From Marsupella aquatica (Eukaryota; Plantae; Marchantiophyta), in assembly GCA_973895155.1 (NCBI GenBank), contig OZ316895.1, positions 9,350,184-9,414,183 on the forward strand: a stretch of DNA of 64,000 nucleotides, read 5' to 3'. Of the stretch, positions 12,600 through 23,727 are shown piece by piece (position 1 is the stretch's first letter; the number at the start of each line of letters is the position of its first letter). The position numbers and the translations under genes are program-made. The notes under the pieces were generated by a model. That model was not told where the DNA came from, did no database searches, and worked only from the letters and a program-made list of their open reading frames with translations.

Positions 12600-12850
12600 T
12601 CTAGATCCTACGGTTTGAGAACAACTTGCAATTGCTCAATTGCATCTGGGAGTTGCTTGTTTTCCTTAACAAAATATTAAATATCCAGCATGCATTTCTG
12701 GTGAAGGTTTGTTCCCACCCAAGAAGTCTCCCAATGAAATGTGAGTAGGTGGCTTCATATCTCTCTTTCCAAACATTGCTGCACAGTGTCATAAGAAGAA
12801 TTAGGGGCCTGGGCTTTCGCTTATCTACTTCTATAATATGCCATGCCCCC
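12600..12850 (-). mobile_element. L1-type LINE ORF2 C-terminal remnant
   Basis: LILLMTLCSNVWKERYEA resembles the WKERN motif that follows zf-RVT in plant L1 ORF2. Same strand as the RT remnant at 14660-16090. Confidence 0.45.
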
Positions 12851-13726
12851 AAAAAGTTCTTTGGTCTACTTACAAACTTGGAAATGAAGGGAAGAAACAG
12901 GAGCCATCTTATTTTTTTAAAGATTTTTGTGTACTCTTGGATTGAGTGACCAGGAGTGTCAAATGATATACTTATTTTTATAGTAGAATACATATTACAT
13001 GAGATGATTCTTCTCTGACATCACCTAAAATGTGTCTTTTTCTTTAAGTATTAAAGTGCATGCGTTGAAAGGAGAATCTATGACAACCTTTTTGGATTTT
13101 TGCATAGAGACTTAAGATTATGAGACTTTAGAAGAACACAAAATGGGTTGATTTTGCTTTTCACTCCCTCTTTTTTTATTCTCTTTATTTAATTTTGCAC
13201 TTATTTCTGTTACTTAATGATGCCAAAGGTAAGAAAGGGGGGGGGGGGGGGTGGGGGGGGGGAATGGAGTGCCGAGGGAGTGAAGACATAAGAAAAAGGG
13301 GGAGAAAAAATTAAAATGTACCCCTCCCTATAGCATTGTGCAACCACACCTGGACCCGGCAAAGACTCAACGGAAATTCACCACCCTTGCACTCCCTCTC
13401 ACCTTCCCACATCCTTGCTCTCCCAGCAACATAGCTTTCACAACAAGAACAACATTTTTTTCCAAAATAAAATAAAAATGCAAAAGTGAAGGTGATTGTT
13501 TTTACATTTTTATTCTTTTTGTTTGGTTTAGCTTTTGTACAAAAATGGTCCCAAATTTTGTTATTCCATCTAAACCTCAAACAAACGTTTTAAGAAATGT
13601 TTCAAAAGAATGCTCCTCCAATGAAGGCCTATAAGATCAGGCTCCCAACATTTTTTCCCACAAGACCCGGCTTGCTTGACATGCCCTGTCATCTCTATTA
13701 GTCTCATTTTTGCCCTAATTCTTTCC

Positions 13727-14013
13727 CTCGGGGGGTTAACTAAGTGTATATTTTGGGGTATCACGTGCGATCCTAGCCTAATATAAATAGACCTATTTTA
13801 TAAAAAATATATTCCAAGAATATTCTCTATTTTCAATATTAATAGCCTATTTTACTTTACAAAAGGTATATACTAAAGAATATTTTATAAACATGAGTTT
13901 ATAATACCTTCTTTTGCCTCCTATGCTTTTTAAAAATTTATTTAATTTCTACCAAAAATACATATTTTGGATCGCACGTGGTTCCTAAGATTTTTGATAG
14001 TCAACCCCCCGAG
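13727..14013. mobile_element. MITE with ~45-bp TIRs and 8-bp TSD
   Basis: CTCGGGGGGTTAACTA...CACGTGCGATCC versus GGATCGCACGTG...TAGTCAACCCCCCGAG. TTCTTTCC is duplicated at 13719-13726 and 14014-14021. AT-rich core. Confidence 0.85.
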
Positions 14014-14441
14014 TTCTTTCCCCAGTCGAGAGCCCATCTCTTTGCCCCCATTTGCATCTTTTTCCCCCAGTTTGTTTCATCTTTAGTATCATTAACAATC
14101 AAGATTTTCTACCCAAATCTTTCCCATGTACTCTCACTACTCATGTGAGCCCTATCCCATATTTTTGTGTTTACTTGAAATACTTTATTTGAATACTGTA
14201 TAATTTCATGTGTTAGTTTGAACAAGATCTGCACAATGACAACACTTTTCACATGAAGTGAGCAAGAAAGAATGATTGCAAATCCTGCAATCATTTTCAG
14301 TTTGATTCACCTAAAATCCTCAGCCATCAATCAAAACTTTTTTTCCTTATCTCAATGTTTCTATGCATTACTTTGGCAGTGGGCTTGGCAACAACATGGT
14401 CGGAATAATTAACTGCATACCCGCAATGTCTTTGCCCTCCC

Positions 14442-14645
14442 TTGACATCTGTTTTTGGCCTGAACATCTTTTCTTGCCTGAACATCTTTTCTCGCCTCAA
14501 TCAATATTTCTGCCTTGCCTTGACGTCTCTTTCTTTCTCCAGCATCTATCCGTTCCTCAACATCTTTTCCTCACCTCTACATTTGTTTCTCTCCTTTGCA
14601 TCTTTTCCTCTCCTTGACATGTTTTTCTCACCTTGACATCTTCTG
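14442..14645 (+). repeat. Degenerate ~18-20-bp minisatellite (ACATCTTTT core)
   Basis: Repeated CCTTGACATCT/CCTGAACATCTTTT/CTCAACATCTTTT units. Confidence 0.7.
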
Positions 14646-14659
14646 TGCAAGCATTGGGC

Positions 14660-16090
14660 TAGTGCTTTATAATAGCACTTGTGATGGCCTCAAAAAGGGA
14701 GCTGGTGGGGGGCATGAGGGCAGGTGCACCCTGAAAACGTGGTTCACCACCCTCCACCACTCACTCAAGTTGCTACAGCTGAAAAAGAGATGTTTAGTGT
14801 GTTCAAAACAAGACTTGCATCAGGAGCAAATTCAATCAATACCTTGTGTGGGCTACCTCTACCATTGGTGAAAAATTCATGATTATGTACGCGCCACAGA
14901 AGGAAACCTCACCTTTGGCATGGGCCATCCCCCCAGACTTTCTTCCACAGTTTGTTCCAACACTCAGTTGTGTTGGAGTGCCCCCTTCTCCTGTTCAACT
15001 TGGTGACATTCTTGACAACCCACAGAGTACAACTGACCCTCACTTTATTTTGCAATTTCCAGCCCCAGTTCTTGCTTTTCCAATCCCCTGCCATCTGTCA
15101 CAGTTTTGCAGACAACCATTGCTGAGACCTGGGCTGCACTTCAGCTGATTACAGATGATTTCCTCTGCAAGCCAACTCTTCTGAGTTGTCCACAAGGCAG
15201 CAAGCCCCTTTAAGCTTTGGTTAGCTTTGTACCTCCTCCGTTTCTGCCGCCTGGTTGTTCCTAGTGCACAAGAGAACAGTTTTCTCCGCGGAGAGGGGTG
15301 TGGGAAGCTGACCAAGGCCCAAATAAAATTCCAGGCATGTACTCTTCACCTTCCTCCCTTTTAGTAATATTTTTCAAGCTGGGTGATCCCTTTAATAATC
15401 AACTCGTCACTAAATAGTAATGCCTCGGTTGGGGACCTCCCAAGTAGTCTTTCCTTTTCTCCTGGATCTGGTCCTCAATCCCTTTTTGATGACCTCTTGA
15501 GCCATCTTCACCCATTTGCAATTCTCCTGAGAAATGAGCAATATCCTTCCAGGCAATTAAGGTTTTTTTAGGGCCATTAGAGGTCAAAGGTCCACCAAAG
15601 GGAATCTTTTGCAGATCTTCGCAAGCTTCAGATATCCTGTCAGTTGGAGCTTGAGCCACATCAGATGATAGGTGGGAATAGCCCTTAAAACATGTTTCAG
15701 CTGGATGACCCTTCTGACCATGGTCAAGCTTCTGTTGGTCCAGTGGCACAATTTCTTCCTAACTTTGCCAAGTAGAAAACTTGGTTCATGTGAAGGGTGG
15801 ACCTTATATCCAATGGGGCACCCGAGATATTCAGCAATCTCTTATTCTTGAGCTAGTCAACATCTTGGAGCAGCTAGGGTACTCACCGACCTCTTAGAGT
15901 AGACTAATGATTTTAGATTTGTGCACAATCATTCAGAAGGGCTCCAAATACATTCTCATATTGCTGAATCTTGTCCCTTGCACTCTGAATCTCTTGTGCG
16001 GTGGCAGCAAGAATGAGCCCGCTGTCATCTGCAAATTAAAGGCTGGTGGCACAGACTGCTGCCATCACTCAATTCGATTCCATGCAAACT
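14660..16090 (-). mobile_element. Decayed, 5'-truncated L1-type LINE (RT C-terminal half and zf-RVT)
   Basis: Minus strand reads LHGIELSDG...FADD (16024-16035), YLGCPIG (~15809-15829), IAWKDI (~15545-15562), and ICS*CKSCFEHTKHLFFSC...EWW (zf-RVT, ~14755-14835), in canonical order with stops and frameshifts. Confidence 0.8.
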
Positions 16091-16195
16091 AGAAATATTG
16101 TATTTGTGGGAAGGATTTTCTATGCAAACTAGAAATATTGTATTTGAAGGAAGGATTTTCTAACTTCTAAGCAACCCATGAAAACTAGAAATATT
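16082..16195 (+). repeat. Tandem repeat, 40-bp x2 plus a partial third copy, at the LINE 5' truncation point
   Basis: ATGCAAACTAGAAATATTGTATTTG(TG/AA)GGAAGGATTTTCT twice, then AAACTAGAAATATTG. Confidence 0.85.
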
Positions 16196-19100
16196 GGACT
16201 TGTAGTACAGATTTCCCGACTTCTAACTAACCGAAGATGAATCAGTCGTGTTGGATCTCATGAGAGCTATTGAATGTCAAACTTTGCTCTTGAATTTTGT
16301 TTTGAAAGCAGAAGGAACGAGGGTGTCAGATATCAACCTCACTGAGGGATTCCATCGTTCAGTGGCTCATCATTTTCCCATGCAAAGCTTACATGTTCGA
16401 TAGTATTCCAATCTGTTATTTAATAGGGGTGAATAGTTGGGCTCCGCTGTCTGCAGAAAACACTCGTCAGACCGCTGTCTTTTGGATGGAATTCAAAATG
16501 ATATTTCAAAGCAAAAACAGACACTCGTCAGACAATCAATTCTGAGAAGAAACGTGCTGAAAGCTGCATGAACACATCAATTTGGTGTCTCGGACAGGGT
16601 GACAGTGCACACTTGGAGTCAATATGGCATTAATAGCATAGAGTAGTCATTGAAGAATATTTGTTTGTGGGCCCTCATATTATTATCCCATCTCATCAGA
16701 GTATCAGACTCAGTACCTCACCTCCTCACGAATTGGATGCATTATTTTGGCTCTGACTGGTTTTCCTTTTCAATTGTCCTTTATATTTATGATTTTCGAT
16801 TTGAACGCTTAAAGCTGTAACTCTGGCTCTCAACCTACAGCAGCTCTGATCTTCTGGCCCCATTCTCTTTGGTGACAGAACTTGCTTCTGACTCACATTC
16901 GCTTTCAGCATAGCAATTTCTCCTTAGGACATTCACTGACTGGAAATTGCATGATTGAGACCGCGAGTGGTACCAATAATTTCCTTACAAGCGCCGCTCT
17001 TCTCAATTCCACAGTTCCGTTATTCCTCAGGTGTTTTGCTTGCTCAGCTGTCAAGTTCGGATCTTCAACTGTGCAATCCCCAATTGAATTTACTAGTACA
17101 TCAAGCCTAGTGGTAATTAAGCTTACAAGTTGATCCATAACAGTGCTCAATCCTGCCAATCCAAGCGTTCGACATTGATCACACTGAATGCTTCACCGCT
17201 GGATACGATACAAGAATGCAGTACTCATCTTAGCCTACACTTTTAAATTGGACATCGTTATCACACTAAATTTCTGCCCGTAGTTTTACCAATACACCAG
17301 CAACCTGTCCATGATTTTCATCAGGAGAGTTTTTCAGCAGGAAGAAAGGGTCATAATTTCGGATCGCAGTGATAAGACCTCTCTTAGCATGAGATTCAAT
17401 TGGATGCGCCAAGAAGGACAATCAGCGGTAGGTGAGCGCTTCTTCCACAGATCCCTCTCACGGCTTGAGCGCCACAAATGTGCTTCGTGCTCTGAACTTG
17501 CCGGCTGGAGAACTGAGTGCATGAGGAGGACCTCCAGCAATTTGCTAGAGCCTTTTTAGATCATTTGTCGTTTCGAGTTAAGGATCGAGTTCACTCTATT
17601 CAACCCTAAGATCTAATACTAACGGTAAAAGTTATCTTTCCAACAACCATCCACTTCTACGACTTGTGATTTTCTGCATATCAATCAATTCACAAAAATC
17701 ATTCAATTTCTGCATGTCATTCTAGTGCACCAGCGTCGCCATCATGTGTACCAGTGTGCTTCTATCGGCGTTGGAGGTACGGAATACGCAGTCTGGTTCG
17801 TCGGGTTTGGAGGTAGAAGTTCCGTCGCATTTCTGACCCTCATGGCTTGCGCGGGGCTTGCGAACACATGTCATACGGCAACGGCGGTGGTGACAAAATT
17901 GTCTGTCCTTTCTTTCTTGAAATGTAATTCTTCGAAATCGTTCGAAGCAAAGAAAAGCGGATACACCACTGTTGGCACTGATTCCTTAGCAGTAGCCGAT
18001 TAGTTGAAGTCGAATTGTGCTTCGGTTCCTCGTTTCCGTTGAGTACCAAATGTGTGGCTAGATTGCCCGTCGACGTTAAGAAAGATGTGGTATCTCCCAG
18101 AATCCCTTCCTTGCGTTTCCGGCTTCCAAAGCATCAGATTGAATCAATGAATGTGAAGGGATCCGGCTTTCCGTTTTTCTCATCTCGCGAGGATGAGCGC
18201 CATTCTTTGGGATAATAGGCCCATGAGATTGAGTGATTCCTTGTATACTCGTGAATTAGTGATTTTTTACTTTGTATTTTTGAGTGCATGAAGTTTTCAT
18301 ACCACTTCCCTTCTTTGAAACAAAAGCCCGGATGGATTGCATAAAGCAATCACTACTTTTACACTGAAAAGAAAGACAAAGATTGCGGTTGCCAACTTTG
18401 ACTATCTTGGGGAGAAAGTAGTCAAGATGTCCTTTTATCCATGGCATGATATCTTGAACTAGTTCAGGTTCAAGGTTCTCAATTTACCAAGAAAACCAAT
18501 TTGATAATGTAATTGAAACATTTCACTCAAAAGTATAACAATGTTATCTGAGTTAGTTTAAATGTCCTAAGCCAGTTCATCTGGGCTTCATAGACAAAGT
18601 GGAGGTCCATCTGGGCTTCGGTTTCCATTCTTTTGAAGAGAAACTTATGCCACATACCCAGAATGTAAAAGCAAAAACAGTATTTTCATATGAAACAAAA
18701 TAAAAGATTGTCTGGAGAATGGAGGATGTAGATCTCTCCAACTACTCTCTATATGTCTATAGAGAATCTCTCAGGTCCAATTTTAACTTCGTTCATGCTT
18801 TATACCAATTGCATAGCAACAAACTGTTGCATGGCCAGTTAATCTATTTCGTAAGTTTACTTCTTTTTGTCTATTCTCAAAAAATCACTCAAGTTTTTAC
18901 AGATGTTGATATCCTAGTTATTGACATTGTGAGAATCACCCTCATTTTGGGGGGCATAAAAGCTCACAATGTCCTCTAACCAGGACATTCTCCTATACTT
19001 AAGTCTTGTTTAGAGGACATTATGGTATATAATGCCCCGACCACAAAGGAGAGCTTCACCTCTAGTTTTGAGGGGCTACCTTATTACACATAACCCACCA

Positions 19101-19889
19101 CTGGCCATATGTAAGGGGGAAGTGTTCAAGCCCTCCCTCTTTCTGTCACATTCTACTCACTTTTCTCCCCTTCCATGTCAGCTTGCTCCACATTGTCAAG
19201 AAATAACTACTTTAATGGTTGCTTTAAGTAATCCATAGCTTTTGAAGGGCACATATAGTTTATCCTGAGGCATTTTCATTTTTCAAACTTTAGTAAAAAT
19301 AGAGGAGATTGAATCTTACTAAAGAGTTGATCGAGAACTTGACCGGGGAATTATGCTCCCAAAATGCCTTGAAAATGCAAAGTGAAAGATCACTAAGGGC
19401 ATTAAGCAAGCAAAACAGACTTTGCAGGTTTTGGCTTTCTATTTTGAGATTATGTCCACTGTACGCATTGCTATGAGAGGAACCTGGGGGATTAGTGATT
19501 TGTCTGAATATGTCATTTCTACTAAGCAATACAGGATGTTGAGATCTAATGTCGTGATAAACCCATGGTGCCCAAGGTAGAAACCTTTACACTTAATGTC
19601 TCCCATGCTGAACAAACAATAGCCAAATAAAATTTTGATTGGCCAGAAGGAGCCATCAATGGAAGTATTTGAAAATTTGAAGAGGTCTGAATAGAAGATT
19701 GCAATAATTACAGAAGTAAACAAAGTGTTCTATAATACTTAATCTTGTTAGTACCCACTGAGAATTTGTAGAATAAATTTGTACTTACACCTTCATGCAT
19801 AGTTTTGTTACTTTTAGTCAATTTCACATCAATTACAGTGTATACATTTATATCTTTCTTTTTAATCGTATCATTTTTACATATGCTCA

Positions 19890-20398
19890 CTCAGAATGTC
19901 CCGTTCCTTAGTTCATGATCCCTACCCTCAAGTCCCGATTCCCATGATGGAAATGGACGGTTTACAACGATGCAAACGAAGCTATTAACAGTGAAGTCCC
20001 AACCCATCCAATAATGCCCATTCCCAACCCACGAACGAATGTGACCGAAAAGCATGATGTGCAATAATGCAGACGAATTTATTGAGGTTGAAGTTCCCAT
20101 CCCAATATCCCATTATTCCCATACCACGATGCCCATTCCTCACGCACGAAGAAATGACCCAGAAGAGGGTGTCCAATGATGCAACGAATTTATTTATTGC
20201 AGGTAAGTTATTAAAGGTGACGTTCCCAACCCACCAAGGAATGCAATAATGCAAGCCAACTACACCCCTCACAGCTGTTAGTGTGACACCAGAGATTGCA
20301 ATAATGCAAGCAAACTACAGCCCTCGCAGCTCTTAGTGCGACACCAAGGAATGCAATAATACAAGCAAACTACACCCCTCACACCTATTAGTTTGACT
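19890..20398 (+). repeat. Compound tandem repeat: diverged ~100-bp units followed by three 55-bp units
   Basis: ATGCA(A/G)ACGAA...GTGAAGT(T)CCCA.CCCA units at 19890-20235. CCAAGGAATGCAATAATGCAAGC(C/A)AACTACACCCCTCACAGCTGTTAGTGTGACA units start at 20234, 20289 and 20344. Confidence 0.85.
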
Positions 20399-20734
20399 CG
20401 CAAAGGGAGTTACTAACACTACAGTAGTAGGCGAATAATACCTTTCGACACTATTTTCATGCCTAACCTGGGTCAATTAGTGTTACTACCAATTTGAGGG
20501 AAATAAGGCCTTCTACTCTAATACATGCATTCTAGGGCCAACTATTGGGCAAATTAGTTTACTAGCAATAAGACGGGACTAAGGCTCTTCTACTCTAATT
20601 CATTCATGCCTAATAGGGCCAAAGATTTCCACTGAGAATGAGGGCACCAACCTTCTTTCCATTGGGCAAAAAGCAATGATTTAAACTACATGATTTTTTT
20701 TAAGTTTAGGTTATACTAATTCCTGTGTCTAAGT

Positions 20735-20808
20735 TGAAGCAAACAATACTGGTTTCTGACTCTCAGGTGAAGCAAACAATACTGGTTCCTGACTCTCAGG
20801 TGAAGCAA
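20735..20808 (+). repeat. Tandem repeat, 33 bp x2.2
   Basis: TGAAGCAAACAATACTGGTT(T/C)CTGACTCTCAGG twice, then TGAAGCAA. Confidence 0.9.
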
Positions 20809-21555
20809 GATTCACTTCACCTGAATTTGAATTAGTGGGAGTAACACTAATTGGGGTGAACAGAGGGATTTATTAGTTAGGGGTGATAATGGCAAGAGTT
20901 TACCGAAGGTCACCCAAATCAGACTTCTCGAGAGAAGCACATCAAATGGTGCGCAAAGGAAACATGCCCTCTCGATTCAACTTAATGGCGAATGCTGATC
21001 GAGGGTAGCTGTTGTTTTGGCTTGGGAGCTCGTAGTAGAGAAACCAGCATCAATTGCACTTTCAATTCATTCGTTGCAACTCCCGGAGCGACAAATCTTG
21101 GGGTTCCTGATGATCCCAGCTTTACAATCAGTGCGAGCATGATGAGCACTCACTGGCGCTCACTCGAGCAACGATTCTTTCAATTCTTTCCTTGAATGAG
21201 TTGTTCTGTTCTTCCTCCTCTTCTTCTTTACTGTGGTCCATTGCAAAGTTGAGTATTGCTGATTGGTTTCTCTACAGATTTTGCTCAGCAGGGGACAATC
21301 GAAGCCTTTGAAGAATAATCGTCCGTAGCACATTTCCCTGTTGCCTGCTGTTGCTTCATGTCAGCTGCACATTGCTCTCTTGGTAAAGGTAAATTAATTG
21401 CAGCACTGAGAGATCGTTTCTGAACCAGCTTTCCAGTCTGGTAACCATGTGTGCTGGAACTATTTTTTTGAGTGAAATCAACAAGCAAGAAAAGGAGCCC
21501 GTGGAGTGTGCGACCTTCGCCTTCCAGGAGCTATGGTAGCTATTTCGCAAATCCT

Positions 21556-23727
21556 CTAGACCGCCGAGCCTTCGGGATCCGGCATCCCATATTCGAGCGC
21601 ATAGTCAAACTTGGTGTTCTCCTCCTCAAGCTCAGGCCTCTTAAGCAGCACTACACGGCGATGAATTCTGGTCCATCTTGTGGCGTCTTTTTCAAGGGAG
21701 TGTCTTCTGCAGTAGTAAGCGGGGAAATCATCGATCCAATGATGCAATCCCCTGGTGCCAACATGACTCAAAGTCAGCATGTTCCAATTTGGATCCTGCA
21801 CGCGCCCACTCCCCGTTCTAAGCATTCTCGCCTTCTCGTAAGCTTCTTCAAAAGCCAGAATTCGCTGCTTTAGCACCCTCTCCTTCAAATGCCGAACGGA
21901 GAGAGGCCCACCTTTTTCATCCGTAATTCCCATGAGCAACCCTGTGTCATGCGCCACCCTTCGTAGCTGAAATGCCCTGCGTGATGCTTTCCCCAAAGCA
22001 AATAGCAGGTCAGTCAAATCCGAGTGGTGGAATCTTTCCAGAGCACTCTTGCCATACTTCTTTTGCAATTCCTCTCTGGCTCTCACCTCTGCGGCCTCCA
22101 ACTCTGTTTGAATGTCGACCAAATCTAGCCTATGTCTCCGCCAAGTCACATGTTGGTAGAACTTTCTGACGGCTGGCAACACCAGGTGTCTCCAGTTAGG
22201 ACGAATTTTGTAAAGTCTTTGTAAGAACCATAACAAGATAACTGCGCATACGGCACTCCCGATGCCAGTTGTGACCATCATGTTGTGCATCAGATTCTGT
22301 GTGCTCGCCAGGGATGCAAATCCAGACGCTCCGAATGCTCCAAGCACAAAGACTACCGAGATTATGAGTAGAAACGACGTAAGCCCCAGGGCTCTACGAA
22401 TGTTTCTCACTGCCCTCCCAATGTACACGTCCTCCATGGGTAGCACAGCCCCAGCACCAGCCATCACAGTGGCAATAGAGAAGAAGAACGACACACTGTT
22501 GAAGGCCCAGAACGCCCGAAGCGCCATGTCGGCTTGTCCACCATTGCCTCCAAGAGTCCCACCAGGAGGTTGCAACCATCCTCCAAATGTCACACTTGCA
22601 ATCAGGGCTGCACCCACCAGGATTGCATTGGAGGCGTCTACATACACCTGTCTGTCCCTGTACAACCTCTCTACCTCATCTTTCAGCTCCGCGCATGTTA
22701 ACAGCAACTTCCCAATATCCTTGCACACCTTTCGATCCAGCGATGCGTGCTCGATGGCGGTCTGGAAAACCGGGCGACCTTCGATATCCTCCTCGGTAGT
22801 TCTGATCGTCCGCTCTCCTGCTCGAGAGACGAGGCATCTCACAGTCTCCGTGGCTCCCACATGGACAGCCCAATGGAGGGGTGTGTATAAGCAGCAATCC
22901 ACAGCATTGATGTCCACCTTTGGATTGCTCACGAGAATGTCCATAGACGCCTCCCCAGCGCGGCTGCACCCAGCCATATGTGCTGCAGTACGCATGTAGT
23001 AGTCATGAGCATTGACATGGCGCTCATAAACTGGCCAGTCCAGAAGCTGCTTCATGACTGCCTGCCAGTTCCCGAGCACGGCATAGTGCAGAGGTGTCAT
23101 CCAGAAATTGTCAGCGAAATCCCACTCGTAATTCGGCGGCACCGTTGCAGTCAAGACATCATACGAATCGATGAGGATTTGTACCATGTCTATGTCCCCG
23201 GTGACCACAGCGAGATGCAGAGAAGTCCAGCCCTCGGGAGTGCGTGCATGGAGGATTTCGAAATACTCCATCGGCTGTGCATTATTCTGGCCTTGTCTTC
23301 GTGTGAGAACCTTCACGACGTCTTTCTGCCCCATGACAACAGCTCTGTGCAATGCGGTGAATCCATCATGGTCCTCGGCACCTTGCAGCATAGTTCTCAG
23401 ACCAGGCGGTCGTCTTTTGATGAATTCGGCGATGAATTCAACGTGCCCGAAAGCTGATGCCCAGAGGAGTGCCTTGCTCCATGTATCCTCGGGATGATTC
23501 TCCGCCTTGGCTATCAGGCCTTTGACTCGTCTGTGATCCTTTATGGCAGAGCGGAACTCGTCCGTGAGTGCTGATTTTGAGCGGTTTCTCTCTACCTCTC
23601 CTTCAGTGTTGCTCAAATCGTCTCCGGTGCTTGTGCACTGGTTTGTTGTCTTCAAATTAGGACCGCTGCTCGTGCCGCTGCTCCGCACGATCAATTCTAT
23701 TGGCATGTTACTAGTATTCCCTGCCAT
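21556..23727 (-). CDS. Ankyrin-repeat transmembrane protein with PGG domain (ACD6/ITN1-like family), intronless CDS, 723 aa
   Basis: Uninterrupted ORF. Ankyrin motifs GFTALHRAV, GWTSLHLAV, MTPLHYAV, RTAAHMA, YTPLHWAV. LVGAALIASVTFGGWLQPPGG PGG signature followed by three more hydrophobic helices and a ~215-aa soluble tail. Confidence 0.92.
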   Translation of the reverse strand: MAGNTSNMPIELIVRSSGTSSGPNLKTTNQCTSTGDDLSNTEGEVERNRSKSALTDEFRSAIKDHRRVKGLIAKAENHPEDTWSKALLWASAFGHVEFIAEFIKRRPPGLRTMLQGAEDHDGFTALHRAVVMGQKDVVKVLTRRQGQNNAQPMEYFEILHARTPEGWTSLHLAVVTGDIDMVQILIDSYDVLTATVPPNYEWDFADNFWMTPLHYAVLGNWQAVMKQLLDWPVYERHVNAHDYYMRTAAHMAGCSRAGEASMDILVSNPKVDINAVDCCLYTPLHWAVHVGATETVRCLVSRAGERTIRTTEEDIEGRPVFQTAIEHASLDRKVCKDIGKLLLTCAELKDEVERLYRDRQVYVDASNAILVGAALIASVTFGGWLQPPGGTLGGNGGQADMALRAFWAFNSVSFFFSIATVMAGAGAVLPMEDVYIGRAVRNIRRALGLTSFLLIISVVFVLGAFGASGFASLASTQNLMHNMMVTTGIGSAVCAVILLWFLQRLYKIRPNWRHLVLPAVRKFYQHVTWRRHRLDLVDIQTELEAAEVRAREELQKKYGKSALERFHHSDLTDLLFALGKASRRAFQLRRVAHDTGLLMGITDEKGGPLSVRHLKERVLKQRILAFEEAYEKARMLRTGSGRVQDPNWNMLTLSHVGTRGLHHWIDDFPAYYCRRHSLEKDATRWTRIHRRVVLLKRPELEEENTKFDYALEYGMPDPEGSAV

